From: Fidelibacterota bacterium
GTDB taxonomy: Bacteria > Fidelibacterota > Marinisomatia > Marinisomatales > S15-B10
Assembly: GCA_046861655.1 (NCBI GenBank)
Contig: JBHIAI010000001.1
Span: forward strand, 32,001 to 96,000
Length of the DNA stretch: 64,000 nucleotides
Direction: 5' to 3'
Program-made: the position numbers and the translations under genes
Shown here: positions 9,804-19,741 of the stretch, in pieces
Layout: each line of letters opens with the position of its first letter
Numbering within the stretch: position 1 is the stretch's first letter
The notes under the pieces: model-generated
What the model saw: only the letters and a program-made list of their open reading frames with translations
Told to the model about the DNA's origin: nothing
Databases searched by the model: none

Positions 9804-10310
9804 ATGAAAGGTGTTATGACAATTCTTCTTTCAGTGGCGATGGCATCGGGGGGCGATAACAAACTGGCTATCGGAGATCTTGCCCCCGATTTCGCCCTTC
9901 CGGACGAACAGGGAAAGATCCATACCCTTTCCGAGTACAGAGGTCAGAGGGTGGTGGTCTATTTCTATCCGAAAGACGACACTCCAGGGTGCATCAAGGA
10001 AGCCTGCAATTTCCGTGACAATTTTGACCTTTTCGAGAGAGAGAAGATCAAAGTCTTTGGCATCAGCTACGACACTCCGGAGTCCCATGAGAAGTTCAAG
10101 GAAAAATACGACCTTCCTTTCACCTTGTTGAGTGATGCCCATGGAAAAGTGACAAAGGCATACGGTGCCTACAGACCCCTTTTCCCCAAGCGGATCACCT
10201 TTTTGCTTGATGAGGAAGGAAAGATTCTAAGGGTGTATGACAAGGTCAGCGTCACCACGCACGGGGAGGATGTTCTCGAGTTTTATTCTTCCCGCAAGAC
10301 AACCCACTAG
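9804..10310 (+). CDS. bcp: Peroxiredoxin Bcp/PrxQ
   Basis: YFYPKDDTPGCIKEAC motif. Confidence 0.9.
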   Translation: MKGVMTILLSVAMASGGDNKLAIGDLAPDFALPDEQGKIHTLSEYRGQRVVVYFYPKDDTPGCIKEACNFRDNFDLFEREKIKVFGISYDTPESHEKFKEKYDLPFTLLSDAHGKVTKAYGAYRPLFPKRITFLLDEEGKILRVYDKVSVTTHGEDVLEFYSSRKTTH

Positions 10311-12600
10311 AGCCCTGCCCGGTAGTCGCCGGGCTCTTTTTATCCTGTTATCCCTGGTTGTTCTCCTGTCCATCGGCTGGGGGCAGTCGGGAGTCACTGC
10401 CACATTTTCCGGATACGTTCTCCACGGGGAGTCCGGGGAAGGGCTTCCCGGTGCCAACGTCTATTTTGTCGGGACGGACATCGGGACAGCCTCGAACATT
10501 GATGGTTACTTTGTACTGCCGTCTCTTGAGCCGGGTCCCTACACCGTGAGGGTAACCTATGTGGGGTTTGAGCCCGTTCAGGCGGAAATCATCCTGAAGC
10601 GGGGTGAAGGACTTAAACGGGACTTTGAACTGTCGAGGCACCCACTGGAACTCGAGGGTGTGGAGGTCACCGGTGAGAGGCTGGCGCGAAAGGTGAATAT
10701 TCAGGCCAGCCGGGTGACATTGACTACCCGGCAGCTCCAACAGGTGCCCCAGATTGGAGAAGCCGACCTTTTGAGAACGCTGCAGGCGCTTCCCGGTGTC
10801 CTGACGCCCACAGAATTCAGTACAGGGCTTGTCATCCGCGGAGGGAATACAGATCAGAATCTGATTCTGCTGGATGGGATTACCGTGTACAACCCGTCCC
10901 ATCTGGGGGGCCTGTTTTCCAACTTCATTCTGGACGCGGTGAAACAGGCCGATCTCATCAAGGGGGGATTCAACGCCGAGTACGGGGGCCGACTTTCCGC
11001 CGTCCTGAACGTCCGCAGCCGGGAAGGAAACCAGAACCGGTTTGACGGCAAGGCTTCCCTGTCACTCCTTTCCGCCCAGACTACCCTGGAAGGTGCTCTC
11101 GGGACAGGCGCCTGGCTCGTTGCAGCTAGGAGAACCTACTTCGACCAGATTTTCAGAGGAACCGACCTCTATTTTCCCTACTACTTCTATGATGTCCAGG
11201 GGCACGTCTTCCAGGACTTCACGGAGAGGGACCGGCTCTCCCTCAGCTGGTACGTGGGGAGGGATGATCTGACCCTGGAGGATGTGAACCTCACGGCAGG
11301 ATGGGGGAACCAGACATTCAGCACAAACTACCGGAAGCTCTTCGGCCCCAGGCTTATTTCCCACTGGATGCTGGCCGTGAGCCGATTCGACACCCAGTTT
11401 GATCTGGGCGGGGGATCAGGAGTGGCGAGCGTCAACAGCGTCACGGATAAGACGTTCCGTTCGGACTGGACCTACTTCGTCACCCGGGAAACCCAACTTC
11501 GCATGGGAATTGAACTGAAGGATCTCACGTTCATCTATGAGAACACATGGCTCGATAGCGCCCTGTTCAAGGTCGCACAGTCGCCTCTGGAGGGAGCCAT
11601 CTTTGCCAAGGCAAAACGGTGGCTTACCCCCACCCTCATGGTGGAACCGGGAGTGCGGCTCTCCTATTATGAGAATCACCCCACAAAATGGTATCTCAAC
11701 CCACGACTGGGGATCAAGTATCTCCTAACTGCCGACCGGTATGTCAATCTGGCTGCCGGCGTCTACCGTCAGTTCATTGAAACGGTGCAGGACGATTTCA
11801 ATCCCACCATTCTCGATCAGTGGTTTGCCGTGGACCCCTCGGTGGAGCCCGCCTCCAGCCTCCAGTATCTCATGGGATACGAGGAATTCTTCGGCAAGGT
11901 CTACCGTGTTCAGGCGGAGATCTACTATAAGACGCTGGCAAATATGCTCACGTTCATCGAAAACCGGGCCGCGGCCGATGAGGAAATTTCAGACGAAGCC
12001 CTGGATGACAATTTTGATCTTTCAGACGGTTACGCCTACGGATTTGAACTGTTTGTCCAGAAGGAGTTCGGCCGCCTGAACGGCTGGGTCAGCTACGCCT
12101 ATTCCGTTGCCCGGAAAAGACTTCACCGGAAAGAATACTTTACAAACTGGGACAGGAGACACGCCTTCAACATCGTCGGAAACTTCAGGTTGAACAAAAA
12201 GTGGGACTTGAGCCTGAGGTGGACCTACCAGACAGGTCAGCCGTACACCCCCATCCTGGGGTACTACTTTGAAACACTGCCGTGGGAAGCCGAACCCTTT
12301 TACCGGTCCATCCCCGGTGGCAGGAATTCCGTCAGGTATCCCCCCTATCACCGTCTGGACCTGGCGGCGGAGCGGCATTTCAGACTCTGGGGAGTCGAGG
12401 TGGACCTTCTCCTTCAGGTGGTGAACACCTACTGGCGAAAGAATGTGTTCCGCTACGTCTACCACTTCGGCGATCCTCACAACGGTATCGATGATGATCA
12501 CGATGGTCGAATCGATGAACCCGATGAAGGGATCCCCCAGCGCGTACGTGTTACCGTCTTCCCCATTCTCCCCAGTATCGGGGTCAAGGTCGATTTCTGA
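10237..12600 (+). CDS. TonB-dependent receptor with N-terminal carboxypeptidase-regulatory-like domain (start uncertain)
   Basis: LPGANV, DLLRTLQALPGV, IRGG..DQNL and YGGRLS plug motifs; YHRLDL; terminal Phe. Confidence 0.9.
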   Translation: MTRSASPRTGRMFSSFILPARQPTRALPGSRRALFILLSLVVLLSIGWGQSGVTATFSGYVLHGESGEGLPGANVYFVGTDIGTASNIDGYFVLPSLEPGPYTVRVTYVGFEPVQAEIILKRGEGLKRDFELSRHPLELEGVEVTGERLARKVNIQASRVTLTTRQLQQVPQIGEADLLRTLQALPGVLTPTEFSTGLVIRGGNTDQNLILLDGITVYNPSHLGGLFSNFILDAVKQADLIKGGFNAEYGGRLSAVLNVRSREGNQNRFDGKASLSLLSAQTTLEGALGTGAWLVAARRTYFDQIFRGTDLYFPYYFYDVQGHVFQDFTERDRLSLSWYVGRDDLTLEDVNLTAGWGNQTFSTNYRKLFGPRLISHWMLAVSRFDTQFDLGGGSGVASVNSVTDKTFRSDWTYFVTRETQLRMGIELKDLTFIYENTWLDSALFKVAQSPLEGAIFAKAKRWLTPTLMVEPGVRLSYYENHPTKWYLNPRLGIKYLLTADRYVNLAAGVYRQFIETVQDDFNPTILDQWFAVDPSVEPASSLQYLMGYEEFFGKVYRVQAEIYYKTLANMLTFIENRAAADEEISDEALDDNFDLSDGYAYGFELFVQKEFGRLNGWVSYAYSVARKRLHRKEYFTNWDRRHAFNIVGNFRLNKKWDLSLRWTYQTGQPYTPILGYYFETLPWEAEPFYRSIPGGRNSVRYPPYHRLDLAAERHFRLWGVEVDLLLQVVNTYWRKNVFRYVYHFGDPHNGIDDDHDGRIDEPDEGIPQRVRVTVFPILPSIGVKVDF

Positions 12601-13619
12601 TGCGGACAGTGCCTTACCGCCGCCTCATTCTTCTGGCCCTTTTTTGGCTTCCCCTTTCGTGCGAGCTTCCCGTGGAACAGAATCCGTACGAAGACAGGCT
12701 GGTAGTCTTCGGCAATCTCGTGGCCAATGTGCCCGTCCTGGATACCGTGTTTGTCTCCCTCTCCTACAGGATTGAAGAACCCCACCAGGAGGCGGTGAAA
12801 TGGATCTCCGACGCTGACGTCAAGCTAATGACGGGCGATGATTCCTTTCCTCTCTATCCTGTGGTGGGGAAACCTGGCCGGTATCTCGACACCACGTTTT
12901 CCCACATGATTCAACCCAGTATGACCTATCACCTGGAGGTCACCTGGCAGGGGTACGAGGCCAGGGCCACCACTACAGTCCCTGACACCTTTTCTCTCCA
13001 GAGCATACCGTCATCGCAGTGGAGCTGCAACGGTGAGCCCCAGGGGGTACCGGCCATCGACCTGCACATGGATGAGAACACTCCGGAAAAAATCCAGCAG
13101 GCTCTGGTGACCGGCGATTACAGCCGTGTGGCCCTGGACACCGTTGTGTATAAAGAGGGTGAGTGCTGGTCGGCCAGTTTCGCCTCCATTCCTCTGTTCG
13201 TCCTCCAATGGGAGGCGGATACCCAACCTGGGCTGGTACGCATTGTCAGTCTTGCCCTGAAGGATACGGTCACCAATGCCATCGTGGACACCTCCCTTTC
13301 AGCCGCAGCGTTTAAGGGACCCATGTACAGGGATGAGGACGGAAACTACTACCGGCCCAACCCTTTTGTCTGGAATACCACCCGGCCCGAACAGCCCATG
13401 AACTGGATCTATTTCAACTACTATGGTCCTCACCTGATCACCGTTGTGGCCATGGATCAGACTATCCATGACTATTTTCAGGGAGATCCATTTCGCATAA
13501 ACCAGTATGTTCTTCCTGAAGGAAACATTGAAGGGGGATACGGCCTCTTCTCCTCCTCATTCGTTCGCCCTTTTCTCGTCTATGTGGCTCGGGACACGTC
13601 AGACAACGGACGGCACTGA
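12600..13619 (+). CDS. DUF4249-like lipoprotein partner of the TBDR
   Basis: Lipobox-like PLSC; C-terminal GNIEGGYGLF; start overlaps the TBDR stop. Confidence 0.75.
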   Translation: MRTVPYRRLILLALFWLPLSCELPVEQNPYEDRLVVFGNLVANVPVLDTVFVSLSYRIEEPHQEAVKWISDADVKLMTGDDSFPLYPVVGKPGRYLDTTFSHMIQPSMTYHLEVTWQGYEARATTTVPDTFSLQSIPSSQWSCNGEPQGVPAIDLHMDENTPEKIQQALVTGDYSRVALDTVVYKEGECWSASFASIPLFVLQWEADTQPGLVRIVSLALKDTVTNAIVDTSLSAAAFKGPMYRDEDGNYYRPNPFVWNTTRPEQPMNWIYFNYYGPHLITVVAMDQTIHDYFQGDPFRINQYVLPEGNIEGGYGLFSSSFVRPFLVYVARDTSDNGRH

Positions 13620-13636
13620 AGCCTTCCTCAGAAACT

Positions 13637-14551
13637 ATGAAATCCATGGTCATTATCTGGGCTGTGATGTTTATTTTCAACCTGCTGGCATCTTTCACCC
13701 ATATTGCCGGGAAAGAGGCCGTCATGCACGTTTCCCCCTGGGCCGTGGGGTTTTACAGGTTCACCTTAGGGGCGGTGACTATGTGGGGCTTCATGAGACT
13801 GTCCGGCCGCAAGATCGTTCTGGAGCCTTCCGACCGGTGGAGGTTTCTTACTCTGGCCATTCTTGCCGTTCCCCTGAACCAGCTTTCGTTCTTGGTGGGC
13901 ATTCATCACACGCCCGCGTCCCATCCGGCACTCCTTTATGCCACGACCCCGGCGTGGGTTTTTCTCTTTGCACTGGGTCTAAGGATCGAGCGCTGGAGGT
14001 GGTGGAAATGGATGGGGATCGGACTGGCTATGCTCGGGGTCGTGTTTCTTCTGGGAGGTGAGGTTCTCACCCTCCGCGGGGAAGTCGTGGGCGGAGACCT
14101 CATTCTGCTTCTGGCGGTTCTCTCCTGGTCCCTGTACACCGCTCTGGGCAAACCCATCGTGGAGCGGTATGGCGCCCTGGAAACCACGTTTGTTGTTATG
14201 GCGTTCGGTGCCTTAATGTATCTACCCTTTGGAGCCTATCTGGCGGCGACTGCAGACTATTCGGAAGCGGATACGTCGGTCTGGCTCGGTATCGTGTACA
14301 TGGGCGTGGTGACCTCCGGGATGGCCTACTTTTTGTGGTACTGGTTACTTCAGCGGATCCGGCCGTCACAGGTGGCCGTGGTCACCAGCGCTCAACCTCC
14401 CACCACAGCCTTTTTGGCATGGGCGGTCCTGGGGACCGTGCCCACGGGGAACCTGCTTTTGAGTGGAACCTCGATCCTGGCAGGAATCGTTTTGATGGTG
14501 GGCTATGGAGGACCGAAACAGCCAACACGGATTTCAACCAAACCACAGTAG
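13637..14551 (+). CDS. DMT/EamA family transporter
   Basis: About 10 TM segments in two EamA repeats (GDLILLLAVLSWSLYT). Confidence 0.9.
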   Translation: MKSMVIIWAVMFIFNLLASFTHIAGKEAVMHVSPWAVGFYRFTLGAVTMWGFMRLSGRKIVLEPSDRWRFLTLAILAVPLNQLSFLVGIHHTPASHPALLYATTPAWVFLFALGLRIERWRWWKWMGIGLAMLGVVFLLGGEVLTLRGEVVGGDLILLLAVLSWSLYTALGKPIVERYGALETTFVVMAFGALMYLPFGAYLAATADYSEADTSVWLGIVYMGVVTSGMAYFLWYWLLQRIRPSQVAVVTSAQPPTTAFLAWAVLGTVPTGNLLLSGTSILAGIVLMVGYGGPKQPTRISTKPQ

Positions 14552-14560
14552 GGGAGCACC

Positions 14561-15193
14561 ATGCGAAAGCTTTCTTGGATTGTAGTTTTCGGCATCGCCT
14601 TCGGACTGGTGGAAGCGGCGGTGGTGGTGTACTTGCGCTCCATCGGTTACCCCGAAGGGTTCGATTTCGCTGAGGGCAGATTGCCACCCACCATCCTGAA
14701 CACCGAGATTATCCGGGAGGGAGCCTCCATCCTCGCTCTCGTGGCTATAGCAGTTCTGGCCGGCAAAACGGGCCTGGCCAGGCTCGGAGCGTTCATCACC
14801 GTATTCGGGGTGTGGGACCTCTTTTACTACGTTTGGCTGAAGGTATTTCTGGGATGGCCCGAATCCCTCATGGATGGTGATATTCTTTTCCTCATCCCCG
14901 GGGTCTGGGCGGGCCCTGTTCTGGCACCGATTCTGGTCAGTGTGGCCTTTGTGGGCTGCGGCGGATGGATCTACTGGCGGGAGGAAACAGGGCGACCGGT
15001 AAGAACAGGACCGATAGACTGGATCGTGGAGGCAGGGGGCGGTCTGGCGATTGTCACATCCTTCCTGGTCAGTGACATCGTTCCTGGTTCGGAGCCGGGA
15101 CCTGATTACATCTCTTCTTTTCCCTGGTGGCTTTTCCTGGCGGGCTTCCTGGGGGGACTGGGTTATTTCGTGTGGCGGATTTTCCGGCAGTGA
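14561..15193 (+). CDS. Hypothetical membrane protein
   Basis: EAAVVVYLR, WDLFYYVWL and DILFLIP motifs; multiple TM segments; RBS. Confidence 0.8.
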   Translation: MRKLSWIVVFGIAFGLVEAAVVVYLRSIGYPEGFDFAEGRLPPTILNTEIIREGASILALVAIAVLAGKTGLARLGAFITVFGVWDLFYYVWLKVFLGWPESLMDGDILFLIPGVWAGPVLAPILVSVAFVGCGGWIYWREETGRPVRTGPIDWIVEAGGGLAIVTSFLVSDIVPGSEPGPDYISSFPWWLFLAGFLGGLGYFVWRIFRQ

Positions 15194-16623
15194 AGTTTCA
15201 GCTCCGCCATTTATTCCTCCCCACCGACACCGCCCTGTTCAAGAAAGTCCTCACCCTGGCCCTGCCTGTAATCCTTGGAAACCTGAGCCGCGTTCTCATG
15301 AATGTGGTAGACGTGGCTATGGTAGGGCGGCTGGGAGCCCACGCCCTGGCAGCCGTGGGAATGGGAAGCGTCCTTGTCTGGACCGTCCTGAGCTTTGCCT
15401 ATTCCATCCGAACGGGAGTCCAGACCGTCACGTCCCGAAGACTGGGGGAGAAGCGCCTCAGTGAATGTGGGGCCGCTCTCAATAACGGACTCGTTTTTGC
15501 CGCAGGAACGGGAGTGACTTTGTCCGTGGTAGGGTATCTGGGCACCGGCGTGCTAATCGGGTTTCTTCTGGACGACCCCAGTGTCATTCCCCTGGCAGAA
15601 ACCTACACCAGGTGGGCTTTTCTGAGTGTGGTTTTCGTGGTGATTGGGTATGCCTTTCAGGGATTCTTCAACGGCGTGGAACGGACGGCCGTCCATATGG
15701 AGGTGACCGTCATCTCGAACATCTTGAATGTCTACCTCAATGCCGGCCTGATATTTGGAAGTGCAAACCTTCCTGATCTCCTCTCAACAACCCCCCTGGG
15801 AGACCTTTCCTTCCTTGCTGCTTTCTGGACCCCCTTTGCCTTTCCCGCCCTTGGGGTGAAGGGGGCCGCCCTGGCCACCCTTGTGGCTTCCGCCTGGATG
15901 ATGGCCCACTACTTGGTCCGGGCATCTCTACGGGACTTCCGTAAGGGATACGGTGCCCTGACGGGCCGGCTCAACCGGCAGGTCCTCAAACGGGTTGTAT
16001 CCATCGCCGTGCCGCAAGGACTCCAAGAACTGGGGGTTATGCTTGTCTTTGTGCTGTTTTTCAAGATCACAGCCCTGGTGGGAACCCTGGAAGTGGCGGC
16101 CACGGAGGTTGTCTTTACCATTATGCAGGCGTCGTTTCTGCCCGCAGCGGGTTTCGGCATCGCCTGCGCCACCCTGGTGGGGAAGTACCTGGGAGAGAAT
16201 ACCCCGGACCTGGCGGAGGTGACTATCCTGGAATCGGTCCGGTGGTCTATCATCTTTATGGGAAGCATGGGAATTATTTTCCTCCTTTTTCCGAATCAGA
16301 TCCTTTCGTTTTTTACCCGGGATGAAACGGTGATCGAACTGGGTTCGGTGGCATTGAGAATCCTGGGCGTGGTGCAGTTCGCAGACGCCGTGGGCATGAC
16401 CTTGTGGTTCGCCCTGTCGGGAGCCGGCAATACCAAGTATCCCGCCATAGTGGAAATGACCATCGCCTGGTTCATCTTCCTCCCCTCCTGCTATGTTACC
16501 GCCGTCATAATGGACTCGGGTATCCTTGGGTCCTGGATCAGTTTCGGGTTCTATATCACTCTGTATGCCTCCGCCATGGCATGGAAAGTCCTTAAGGGAG
16601 ACTGGAAAACCATCCGAGTGTAA
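15190..16623 (+). CDS. MATE family efflux transporter
   Basis: DVAMVGRLG..ALAAVG, LGVKGAALAT and ATLVGKYLG motifs; GTG start overlaps the upstream TGA. Confidence 0.9.
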   Translation: MKFQLRHLFLPTDTALFKKVLTLALPVILGNLSRVLMNVVDVAMVGRLGAHALAAVGMGSVLVWTVLSFAYSIRTGVQTVTSRRLGEKRLSECGAALNNGLVFAAGTGVTLSVVGYLGTGVLIGFLLDDPSVIPLAETYTRWAFLSVVFVVIGYAFQGFFNGVERTAVHMEVTVISNILNVYLNAGLIFGSANLPDLLSTTPLGDLSFLAAFWTPFAFPALGVKGAALATLVASAWMMAHYLVRASLRDFRKGYGALTGRLNRQVLKRVVSIAVPQGLQELGVMLVFVLFFKITALVGTLEVAATEVVFTIMQASFLPAAGFGIACATLVGKYLGENTPDLAEVTILESVRWSIIFMGSMGIIFLLFPNQILSFFTRDETVIELGSVALRILGVVQFADAVGMTLWFALSGAGNTKYPAIVEMTIAWFIFLPSCYVTAVIMDSGILGSWISFGFYITLYASAMAWKVLKGDWKTIRV

Positions 16624-16764
16624 AATATTTGTCTTTATTATCACGAACCGTAGTCATATATTGATATGGTTCATGATTATGATATATATTTGCTACCCGG
16701 CATGGGTAGGTTACGCAGTACATAGTGCCCGTCCGGCATGTCGTGAAGTCGGGGGTTTACGAGG

Positions 16765-19212
16765 ATGGCGGACTTTCTTTGGCGAACGGTTCTGTCTCTG
16801 GTGGTCCTGAGCGGAGGTGCCGCCGCGCCAACCTCCCTGTCACCGGGTGATGTGGCCATTATCGGGTATAATTACGACAATCCCGATGAATTCGGGTTTG
16901 TGGTACTTGTGGACCTGGATTCGGGGACACAGATCTATTTTACCGACAGCGGGGTGACGGCTGAAGGGACCTTCCGGGGCGGGGAAGGAGCGGTGAAATA
17001 CACGGTTCCTGGTGAGGGAATACCTGCGGGGTCCGTGATTATCTACACCGGTAGCGACTCCAGTTTTGTTCCTGCCAACGATTCACACGTGGGGACCGGA
17101 GGGTTGGCCCTGTCGAGCTCAGGAGACCAGATCATCGCCTTCCAGGGTTCCAGCGCCAGCCCCAGCTTTATCTATGCGCTGAATGCCGAAGGCGAGGGCT
17201 GGCAGCCGGATGCCAACAGTTCAAACGAAACCGCCCTGCCGCCAGGGCTCATCGATGGGTCCACCGCCCTGGCCCTGATGGAAGCGGACAACGGTTACTA
17301 CAGTGGGACCACCAGGAGCGGGACTCAACGTGAGCTCCTGCAGGCTATTTCCCTGCAGGAAAACTGGACCACCAGTAACAGCCGGCAGGACAGCAACACC
17401 TGGCCTTCGTCCTTTGCCGTTTCTTCCTCTTCCTCCGACCGTACCACTGTCCAGTTCTCCTCGTCAGAAGCCACCGTTTCCGAGGGAACATCCTCTTACT
17501 CTTTTTCTGTTTCCATATCCAATCAAAGCCCTTCCAGTCAGACCACGGCAGATGTGGTGTTGACCTCGAATGGGACCGCGACCGGCGGTACGGACATTTC
17601 CCAGTACACCCCTCAGACCGTCACCTTTCCAGAGGACAGCTTTTCTGCCCAGTCCGTGACGGTGTTTCTCATCGACGACTCAGAATTCGAGGGAACAGAA
17701 ACCCTTGTTTTCGAACTCAAAAACGCTGCCGGAGGCAATGAGGCGTCGGTGGGTTCCCCGGATCGGTTCGTCCTGAGCATTCTGGATAACGATCCCCCGG
17801 CTGTGGTCATCAACGAGATTCATTACAACCCCGCCGTGGACCAGGGGCCGGATGACGAACACGAATTCCTGGAATTGTACAACCGGTCACCCTATACCGC
17901 TTATCTTTCGGGCTACAACTTCAGGGAAGGGATCCAACTTACTTTCGGACCTTCTGATTCCCTGGCCCCCGGCTCCTATCTGCTGGTGGCAAAAAGGGCG
18001 GCTACCTACCCGGGGAGCATTGAATGGACGGCCGGGTCCCTGGCCAACGTTGGGGAAAGAGTGGTTGTGGTCACCGGGGAGGGGACCCTTGTGGATTCCG
18101 TGATGTATGCCGGTAGGGATCCCTGGCCCATGGAAGCCAACGGGTCGGGACCGTCCCTGGAACTGGTGGATCCCTGGCTGGACAACTCCCTGGGAAAGGC
18201 GTGGCAGGCGAGCTTTGTGGATGGGGGGACCCCCGGGGGTCCCAACAGTTCAAACTCAGTACCCCGGGCGATGCCGGACTCTTTTTCCACAGGTGAGGAT
18301 CAGGCTCTGGTGGTAGATCCCCCGGGTGTTCTGGAAAACGATTCCGATTCCGATGGTGACATCTTGACCCCATTTATGGTGGGAGCCCCCGTCCACGGGG
18401 GCATGGCCCTGTCATCAGACGGCGGGTTCCAATACATCCCGGATCCCGACTTCTTCGGCCAGGATACCTTTGTGTACGCGGTGCACGATGGGACGGACAG
18501 TTCGTCGCCCGCGACAGGTGTCCTGAAGGTTATGCCCGTGAATGATCCTCCGGATCCGTTCGGTCTGCTGTGGCCGGAAGACAGTTCGGTCATTGTGATC
18601 ACCAGGGATCTTCTGTCCCAGCCGTTCATCATGGGATGGGAATCCACCTTCGACAGGGACGGGGACAGCGTGACGTATGAACTTGCGGCTTCCGGGGAAC
18701 TATCGTTCCTCACCTCCGGGGGCATTCAGGAAAGCCGCTTCGCCATCACGTATCAAGAATTGGTGGACGCCATGGAAGATAGTGACCGGGTGGAGGGGGA
18801 GTGGATCGTATGGGCTTCGGATGGAATTGCCGCACGGGAAGCAGACAACGGACCCTTCCGTTTAACCCTGGATGGCTCCTCGCTGGCCGTTGGGGGAAAA
18901 AAGACAGTTCCCACCGCGTTTGCCCTGTATCCCAACATTCCCAATCCGTTCAATCCTTTCACCGTGATCCCGTATGACGTTCCCCAGGTTTCCACGGTTC
19001 AGGTCGAAGTCTATGATCTCCTTGGCCGGAGGGTTCAGGTCCTGTTTTTCGGAACGCGCCGGCCGGGGACTTACGAGGAAGTCTTCACGGGAAAGAACGA
19101 CCGTGGGATTCCGGTGGCGTCCGGGATCTACATCTGTCGAATGGTGGCGTTTGACCGCGGCACGAAAGAGGTGACATACCGTAGAACCCGGAAACTCGTC
19201 CTCATGAGATAG
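16765..19212 (+). CDS. Secreted modular protein (Calx-beta, lamin-tail, cadherin-like Ig, FlgD/T9SS-like C-terminal domain)
   Basis: DDSEFEGTE, VVINEIHYNP, GTPG, GVLENDSDSDGD and PNPFNP...YDLLGRRV motifs. Confidence 0.85.
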   Translation: MADFLWRTVLSLVVLSGGAAAPTSLSPGDVAIIGYNYDNPDEFGFVVLVDLDSGTQIYFTDSGVTAEGTFRGGEGAVKYTVPGEGIPAGSVIIYTGSDSSFVPANDSHVGTGGLALSSSGDQIIAFQGSSASPSFIYALNAEGEGWQPDANSSNETALPPGLIDGSTALALMEADNGYYSGTTRSGTQRELLQAISLQENWTTSNSRQDSNTWPSSFAVSSSSSDRTTVQFSSSEATVSEGTSSYSFSVSISNQSPSSQTTADVVLTSNGTATGGTDISQYTPQTVTFPEDSFSAQSVTVFLIDDSEFEGTETLVFELKNAAGGNEASVGSPDRFVLSILDNDPPAVVINEIHYNPAVDQGPDDEHEFLELYNRSPYTAYLSGYNFREGIQLTFGPSDSLAPGSYLLVAKRAATYPGSIEWTAGSLANVGERVVVVTGEGTLVDSVMYAGRDPWPMEANGSGPSLELVDPWLDNSLGKAWQASFVDGGTPGGPNSSNSVPRAMPDSFSTGEDQALVVDPPGVLENDSDSDGDILTPFMVGAPVHGGMALSSDGGFQYIPDPDFFGQDTFVYAVHDGTDSSSPATGVLKVMPVNDPPDPFGLLWPEDSSVIVITRDLLSQPFIMGWESTFDRDGDSVTYELAASGELSFLTSGGIQESRFAITYQELVDAMEDSDRVEGEWIVWASDGIAAREADNGPFRLTLDGSSLAVGGKKTVPTAFALYPNIPNPFNPFTVIPYDVPQVSTVQVEVYDLLGRRVQVLFFGTRRPGTYEEVFTGKNDRGIPVASGIYICRMVAFDRGTKEVTYRRTRKLVLMR

Positions 19213-19323
19213 CCCCTGGGGCATTGCCGCCCAGGCCGGTTCTCCAGACGAACCGGAGGAAAAAGTTTTCACCACCGGGCTTGAAGCCCAAAAGGGCCCC
19301 GCGGGTTCGATCTCAAAAATCAC

Positions 19324-19375
19324 TTGACAGAGCTAACTGATAATACTTATACTACTGATAAATCAGAGAGATCAG
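19324..19375 (+). promoter_or_regulatory. Promoter with CTGAT/ATCAG operator-like repeats
   Basis: TTGACA-N18-TATACT; ACTGATAA at 19336 and 19354; CTGAT-AA-ATCAG palindrome at 19355-19366; ATCAG at 19371. Confidence 0.65.
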
Positions 19376-19422
19376 CGAGTTCCGATTCGTTTGGATTTCA
19401 TCTACGTAAGGAGGTTATGATC

Positions 19423-19701
19423 ATGGACAAGGAAGCAAAAAAGATTCCTTCCTCTGGGGTTACCATCGGCTCGTGCACCATAAAGGTGGAATCACTCGTG
19501 ACGGTGGACGAGAGAGGTCAGATGGTCCTGCCGAAGGAGATCAGAGATAAGTTTGGAATCCGGGGAGGAGACAAACTGGCCATCGCAAGCTGTACAGACA
19601 CCGAGGACAACCTAACCTGTCTGTGTGCAGTCAAATCTGACGATTTCGCCGTAAGGATCAAAGATCTTCTCGGTCCCATGTTGAACGAGGTGGTCCCTTG
19701 A
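19423..19701 (+). CDS. AbrB/SpoVT-type regulator resembling the HgcAB-associated (HgcC-like) family
   Basis: VESLVTVDERGQMVLPKEIR..GDKL, Cys-rich; AAGGAGG RBS. Confidence 0.8.
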   Translation: MDKEAKKIPSSGVTIGSCTIKVESLVTVDERGQMVLPKEIRDKFGIRGGDKLAIASCTDTEDNLTCLCAVKSDDFAVRIKDLLGPMLNEVVP

Positions 19702-19741
19702 TCGAGAGTTCAGGCTTCGATACATGCCCGTGGCAACCCGT

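Noticed and set aside
16640..16677. ATCACGAACC/GGTTCATGAT inverted repeat upstream of the secreted protein
   Set aside because: A plausible operator, but a single instance with no assignable regulator.
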